Below, one piece after another: positions 1 through 1,713 of a stretch of DNA of 1,713 nucleotides. A program made the translations under genes and the position numbers. How positions within the stretch are numbered: the first letter of the stretch is position 1; every line of letters begins with the position of its first letter. The notes beneath the pieces are model-generated. The model saw only the letters and a list, made by a program, of their open reading frames with translations. It was not told where the DNA came from and searched no databases. This DNA is from Naegleria gruberi (Eukaryota): assembly GCA_000004985.1 (NCBI GenBank), contig GG739281.1. One strand, 5' to 3'.

Positions 1-2
1 CA

Positions 3-290
3 CAACTCACAGCAGATTTGAGAAAACAAGCTCAAATTTTCTTTGAAAAGAGATCGATGGATCAACTTAAACAAAATTCTGGAAGGTGGAAGGATAGATT
101 CAATGATATTACATCATCATTATCAACTGATAATAATAGTGAAAATATTAATACAACCAGAAGTTTTGAAGCTACTGATACTACTACTAATAATAATAAC
201 TCAACAAGAAGCAATGAAAATAGTTTAAAGAGAAAGGAAACACAAGATGTTAATCTATTCGGAGGTATGAAAAAGAAACGAAAACAATAA
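3..290 (+). CDS. 3' terminal part of an upstream protein-coding gene, 5'-partial. The product is Asn/Ser/Thr-rich and low-complexity: ...TDNNSENINTTRSFEATDTTTNNNNSTRSNENSLKRKETQDVNLFGGMKKKRKQ*
   Basis: Frame 0 is open from base 3 to TAA 288-290. The ORF-track start at 18 is a TTG, so it is an artefact of a prokaryotic start table; the true start lies upstream of the window. Codon usage (AAT, AAC, ACT, AGA, CAA) is consistent with the downstream gene. The basic C-terminal KKKRKQ could act as a nuclear localisation signal (NLS). The overlapping ORFs 43-228(+) and 62-349(-) are low-complexity shadows of this frame. Confidence 0.55.
   Translation, partial: QLTADLRKQAQIFFEKRSMDQLKQNSGRWKDRFNDITSSLSTDNNSENINTTRSFEATDTTTNNNNSTRSNENSLKRKETQDVNLFGGMKKKRKQ
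180..200 (+). repeat. In-frame trinucleotide microsatellite (ACT)3(AAT)3AAC encoding TTTNNNN, inside a wider Asn-rich tract
   Basis: The sequence actactactaataataataac was read directly, and the codon phase was checked against frame 0. Confidence 0.7.
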
Positions 291-291
291 A
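286..291 (+). promoter_or_regulatory. AATAAA (contains TAAA) overlapping the TAA stop of the upstream gene; a possible polyadenylation signal if the source is eukaryotic
   Basis: The hexamer caATAAAg spans the stop codon. AATAAA is expected about 2-3 times by chance in 1.7 kb at this AT content (other copies at 637-642 and 732-737), so this is weak evidence. Confidence 0.2.
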
Positions 292-330
292 GTTTATTGT
301 TATCTTCCAACTGCCAGATGTCATCAGGCA

Positions 331-343
331 AGGATAAAAAAAA
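331..343 (+). promoter_or_regulatory. Translation-initiation context for ATG 344: AGGA (331-334) followed by an A9 homopolymer (336-344). It reads as a Shine-Dalgarno-like site with 9-nt spacing in a bacterium, or as an A-rich Kozak-type context in an AT-rich eukaryote.
   Basis: Read directly: caAGGAtaaaaaaaaATG. A frame-2 stop TAA 335-337 sits just upstream, so ATG 344 is the first possible start of that ORF. Confidence 0.3.
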
Positions 344-484
344 ATGCAAAAACGAGTAATTTCTGTTGTTGTGGTTTCAATTTTAATAATAGGAGCAATT
401 TTTCTCTATTATTCTAATCTTTCTCGGAATCATAAACAAGCCAATAATAACGTTGTCATTTCAACTACTGTGGCTAACCTTTGA
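344..484 (+). CDS. 46-aa ORF encoding a short basic cytoplasmic tail plus one transmembrane helix (signal-anchor, type-II topology): MQKRVISVVVVSILIIGAIFLYYSNLSRNHKQANNNVVISTTVANL*. It is either a stand-alone small membrane protein or the first (TM-anchor) coding segment of the downstream gene.
   Basis: Runs from ATG 344-346 to TGA 482-484, translated codon by codon. The 19-residue hydrophobic core VISVVVVSILIIGAIFLYY is preceded by the positive residues K and R (positive-inside rule). It lies in the same genomic frame (position mod 3 = 2) as the long downstream ORF. At 46 aa it fell below the ORF-track length cut-off. Confidence 0.4.
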   Translation: MQKRVISVVVVSILIIGAIFLYYSNLSRNHKQANNNVVISTTVANL

Positions 485-847
485 AATGCAAGTTTTTATT
501 TTAAGAAGAGCAAGTAAGTATTTATAGATTGGCAAGTTTCTGCTAATGAAAGGCAACCAGAATCTAATTTTAGTTTTCTTAGAAATTTGAAAATCACACA
601 CCAACCCTGTGAAATATCTGTCAAGTAACACCTCTCAATAAACCTATTAAAAATTCAAAATATTTAAAGAAAACAATCTATCATCACTGAGACCTCGGAA
701 AACAATTATTCGCCCAAGATTTATTCCAACTAATAAATTCTCAATTCCCCATTTCAGAATTACACATATTGCTTTTCTTACAATAATGTCTTTAAATTTG
801 TTGCCAGATGTTATTATTTTATGATGATACTTAATGGTAATAAGTGA
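485..847. other. Non-coding spacer, either an intergenic region or intron sequence. Stop codons occur in all three + frames and all three - frames.
   Basis: Stops enumerated by hand. On the + strand they occur in frame 0 at 525, 588, 627, 639, 648, 822 and 825; in frame 1 at 502, 544, 547, 565, 571, 580, 610, 688, 784, 793, 832, 838 and 841; and in frame 2 at 515, 665, 731, 734 and 845. Complements of stops on the - strand occur in every frame. GC is about 29%, containing GC-richer islands such as cacacaccaaccctgtg and gacctcgg and cgcccaag. Confidence 0.6.
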
Positions 848-961
848 TGGTGTACAATCAAATCTATTTTAAGAATTGCCAATTCATCATACTTGCCATT
901 CTATAATTATATTCTTGCTCTTCTTAAAATAAAAACTTGCATTTCATACCTCATCGACAGT

Positions 962-1713
962 AAGGTCAGAGAACAAACATCTTCACAACAAGAACCAAAA
1001 GTCATTGAAAAGATTATTGAAAAGACAATAGAAATACCAGTAGAAAAGATAGTTGAAAAGATAATAGAAAAACCGTGTGCAACAAGTCAATCCAACGATA
1101 ATAACTTGTCCAAATTTTCAGAATTTTTAAAAAATGATCAATTAAAAGCAATTGAATTGACTAAACAAATTGCTAGTGGAAATGTTAAAAATCCAGCAGT
1201 TCATTTAGTAACTCAATTATTTGGAAATATGGAAAATGATCATTATGTGGATATGTTGGCAGCAATTCAATTAAATCTTTTCAATCCATTTGTTGAAAAA
1301 GTTCACCTCCTTCAAGAGAATGATGCAAACGATCAAGATTTAAAGAAATTAATTGGACAAGAAAAACTTGTCATTCACATGCTAGGTCATCGTATTACAG
1401 TTGGTGATTTTATGAGATATTGTAATGAAAAATTACCACAAAAAATTGTAGGACTCATTAATACTGATGTTTATTTTGATAATACCCTGGTTGAGTTACA
1501 TAGAATGCCACATCAAACTGCATATGTTATTTCAAGAAAGGAAACTCTAGTTGGTAATAAGCCAGATCCAATTAATAATAGAGATCAATGTGGTGGTTAT
1601 CAAGGTTCACATGATGCTTTCATTTTCAGGAATAAGGATAAATTTGGAGATTCAATCATTGACAAGTTGAATAATATTAATTTGGGATATATGGGTACTG
1701 AAAATGTTATTTT
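962..1713 (+). CDS. Internal or 3'-open part of a protein-coding gene; both ends are incomplete or uncertain. Translation: KVREQTSSQQEPKVIEKIIEKTIEIPVEKIVEKIIEKPCATSQSNDNNLSKFSEFLKNDQLKAIELTKQIASGNVKNPAVHLVTQLFGNMENDHYVDMLAAIQLNLFNPFVEKVHLLQENDANDQDLKKLIGQEKLVIHMLGHRITVGDFMRYCNEKLPQKIVGLINTDVYFDNTLVELHRMPHQTAYVISRKETLVGNKPDPINNRDQCGGYQGSHDAFIFRNKDKFGDSIIDKLNNINLGYMGTENVI... The architecture is a low-complexity EK/SN-rich stem followed by a globular domain, possibly a DXD-type glycosyltransferase fold.
   Basis: Frame 2 (codon starts with position mod 3 = 2) contains no stop from 848 to the window end, 288 codons, checked line by line. At about 7.6% stop frequency per random codon, the 89 stop-free codons between 962 and the first in-frame ATG at 1229 have probability of roughly 1e-3. 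Coding therefore extends upstream of any ATG. The 5' boundary is uncertain: the frame is open from 848, but 848-961 translates to the atypical WCTIKSILRIANSSYLPFYNYILALLKIKTCISYLIDS, so it may be non-coding. The ORF track missed this ORF because the window contains no stop for it. Confidence 0.75.
1001..1072 (+). repeat. Six tandem copies of a 12-nt unit (gtcattgaaaag / attattgaaaag / acaatagaaata / ccagtagaaaag / atagttgaaaag / ataatagaaaaa). They encode a tetrapeptide repeat (V/I/T/P)(I/V)E(K/I): VIEK IIEK TIEI PVEK IVEK IIEK.
   Basis: Direct reading of the sequence; the repeat is in phase with the coding frame. Confidence 0.8.

Noticed and set aside
43-228. ORF-track ORF 43..228 (+), 61 aa, sequence MKRDRWINLNKILEGGRIDSMILHHHYQLIIIVKILIQPEVLKLLILLLIIITQQEAMKIV
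   Set aside because: It is an alternate-frame shadow of the Asn-rich frame-0 gene. Its Ile/Leu-rich low-complexity sequence is produced by AAT/ATT-rich codons read out of phase. It cannot coexist with the better-supported frame-0 CDS.
256-317. Possible 62-nt intron (GTATGA ... tttattgttatcttccaactgcCAG) joining the upstream ORF to the TM ORF
   Set aside because: The resulting reading (…FGG|DVIRQG*) hits TAA 335-337 before ATG 344. No phase lets the upstream frame run into the 344 ORF.
312-330. Imperfect hairpin in the gene junction as a Rho-independent terminator
   Set aside because: The stem has an internal mismatch and is followed by an A9 run on the + strand, where a T run would be expected. 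On the - strand the T-run precedes rather than follows the stem.
62-349. ORF-track ORF 62..349 (-), 95 aa, Leu-rich
   Set aside because: It is the antisense of the Asn-rich (AAT/AAC giving ATT/GTT) region; poly-L/V/F low complexity is the expected antisense artefact. It has no start context and overlaps the intergenic junction.
514-519. Perfect GTAAGT donor consensus as the splice donor for the ATG-344 ORF
   Set aside because: In-frame TGA 482 and TAA 515 precede or overlap it, so it cannot serve the 344 ORF. It can only serve the alternative start ATG 486 in frame 0, recorded as a low-confidence alternative under the micro-exon finding.
1134-1210. Short ATG-initiated ORFs at 1134 (MIN*) and 1182 inside the long ORF in other frames
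   Set aside because: They are out-of-frame, 3-9 codons long, and simply by-products of the AT-rich coding sequence.
1-1713. Ciliate nuclear code (TAA/TAG = Gln) as an explanation for the missing start
   Set aside because: Under that code the upstream gene would read through TAA 288 for another 100 codons of nonsense-looking Phe/Leu-rich sequence. The long ORF's complete avoidance of TAA and TAG over 288 codons argues these are stops, not Gln codons.
1-1713. CRISPR arrays, tRNA/rRNA genes, IS/transposon terminal inverted repeats
   Set aside because: There are no regularly spaced direct repeats, no cloverleaf-compatible GC-rich 70-90-nt segment, no long inverted repeats, and no transposase-like ORF.

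Overview
This is a 1713-nt AT-rich window of roughly 30% GC, and coding and non-coding GC are about equal. All convincing coding is on the + strand. (1) Bases 3-290 are the 3' end of an upstream gene whose product is Asn/Ser/Thr-rich and low-complexity. It ends in KKKRKQ and stops at TAA 288-290; the ORF track's TTG start at 18 is an artefact, because the frame is open from base 3. (2) 53 nt downstream, an A9 run with AGGA precedes ATG 344. This opens a 46-aa ORF (344-484) that encodes a textbook signal-anchor / single-pass TM segment, MQKR-VISVVVVSILIIGAIFLYY. (3) Bases 485-847 are closed by stop codons in all six frames, so they are non-coding. (4) From 848, and convincingly from about 962, one frame stays open to the window end with no stop over 752 nt. 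That frame is the same genomic frame as the TM ORF. It shows periodic codon structure, a 6x 12-nt tandem repeat encoding (Φ-Φ-E-K)6, and a globular C-terminal part with a weak DXD-glycosyltransferase-like motif. This long ORF has no in-frame ATG before 1229 and was missed by the ORF track only because it has no in-window stop. Its 5' end is therefore unresolved under the standard code. The competing explanations are splicing (candidate sites listed below), a TGA=Trp genetic code (both stops bounding this frame, 482 and 845, are TGA, and ATG 821 then gives a complete gene), or a disrupted type-II membrane glycosyltransferase gene. No RNA genes, CRISPR arrays or recognisable mobile-element ends were seen. 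The organism cannot be assigned. Codon usage (CAA, AGA, CCA, GGT, AAT, ATT) fits AT-rich eukaryotes such as yeasts, social amoebae and Trichomonas, and also low-GC bacteria or Mollicutes.
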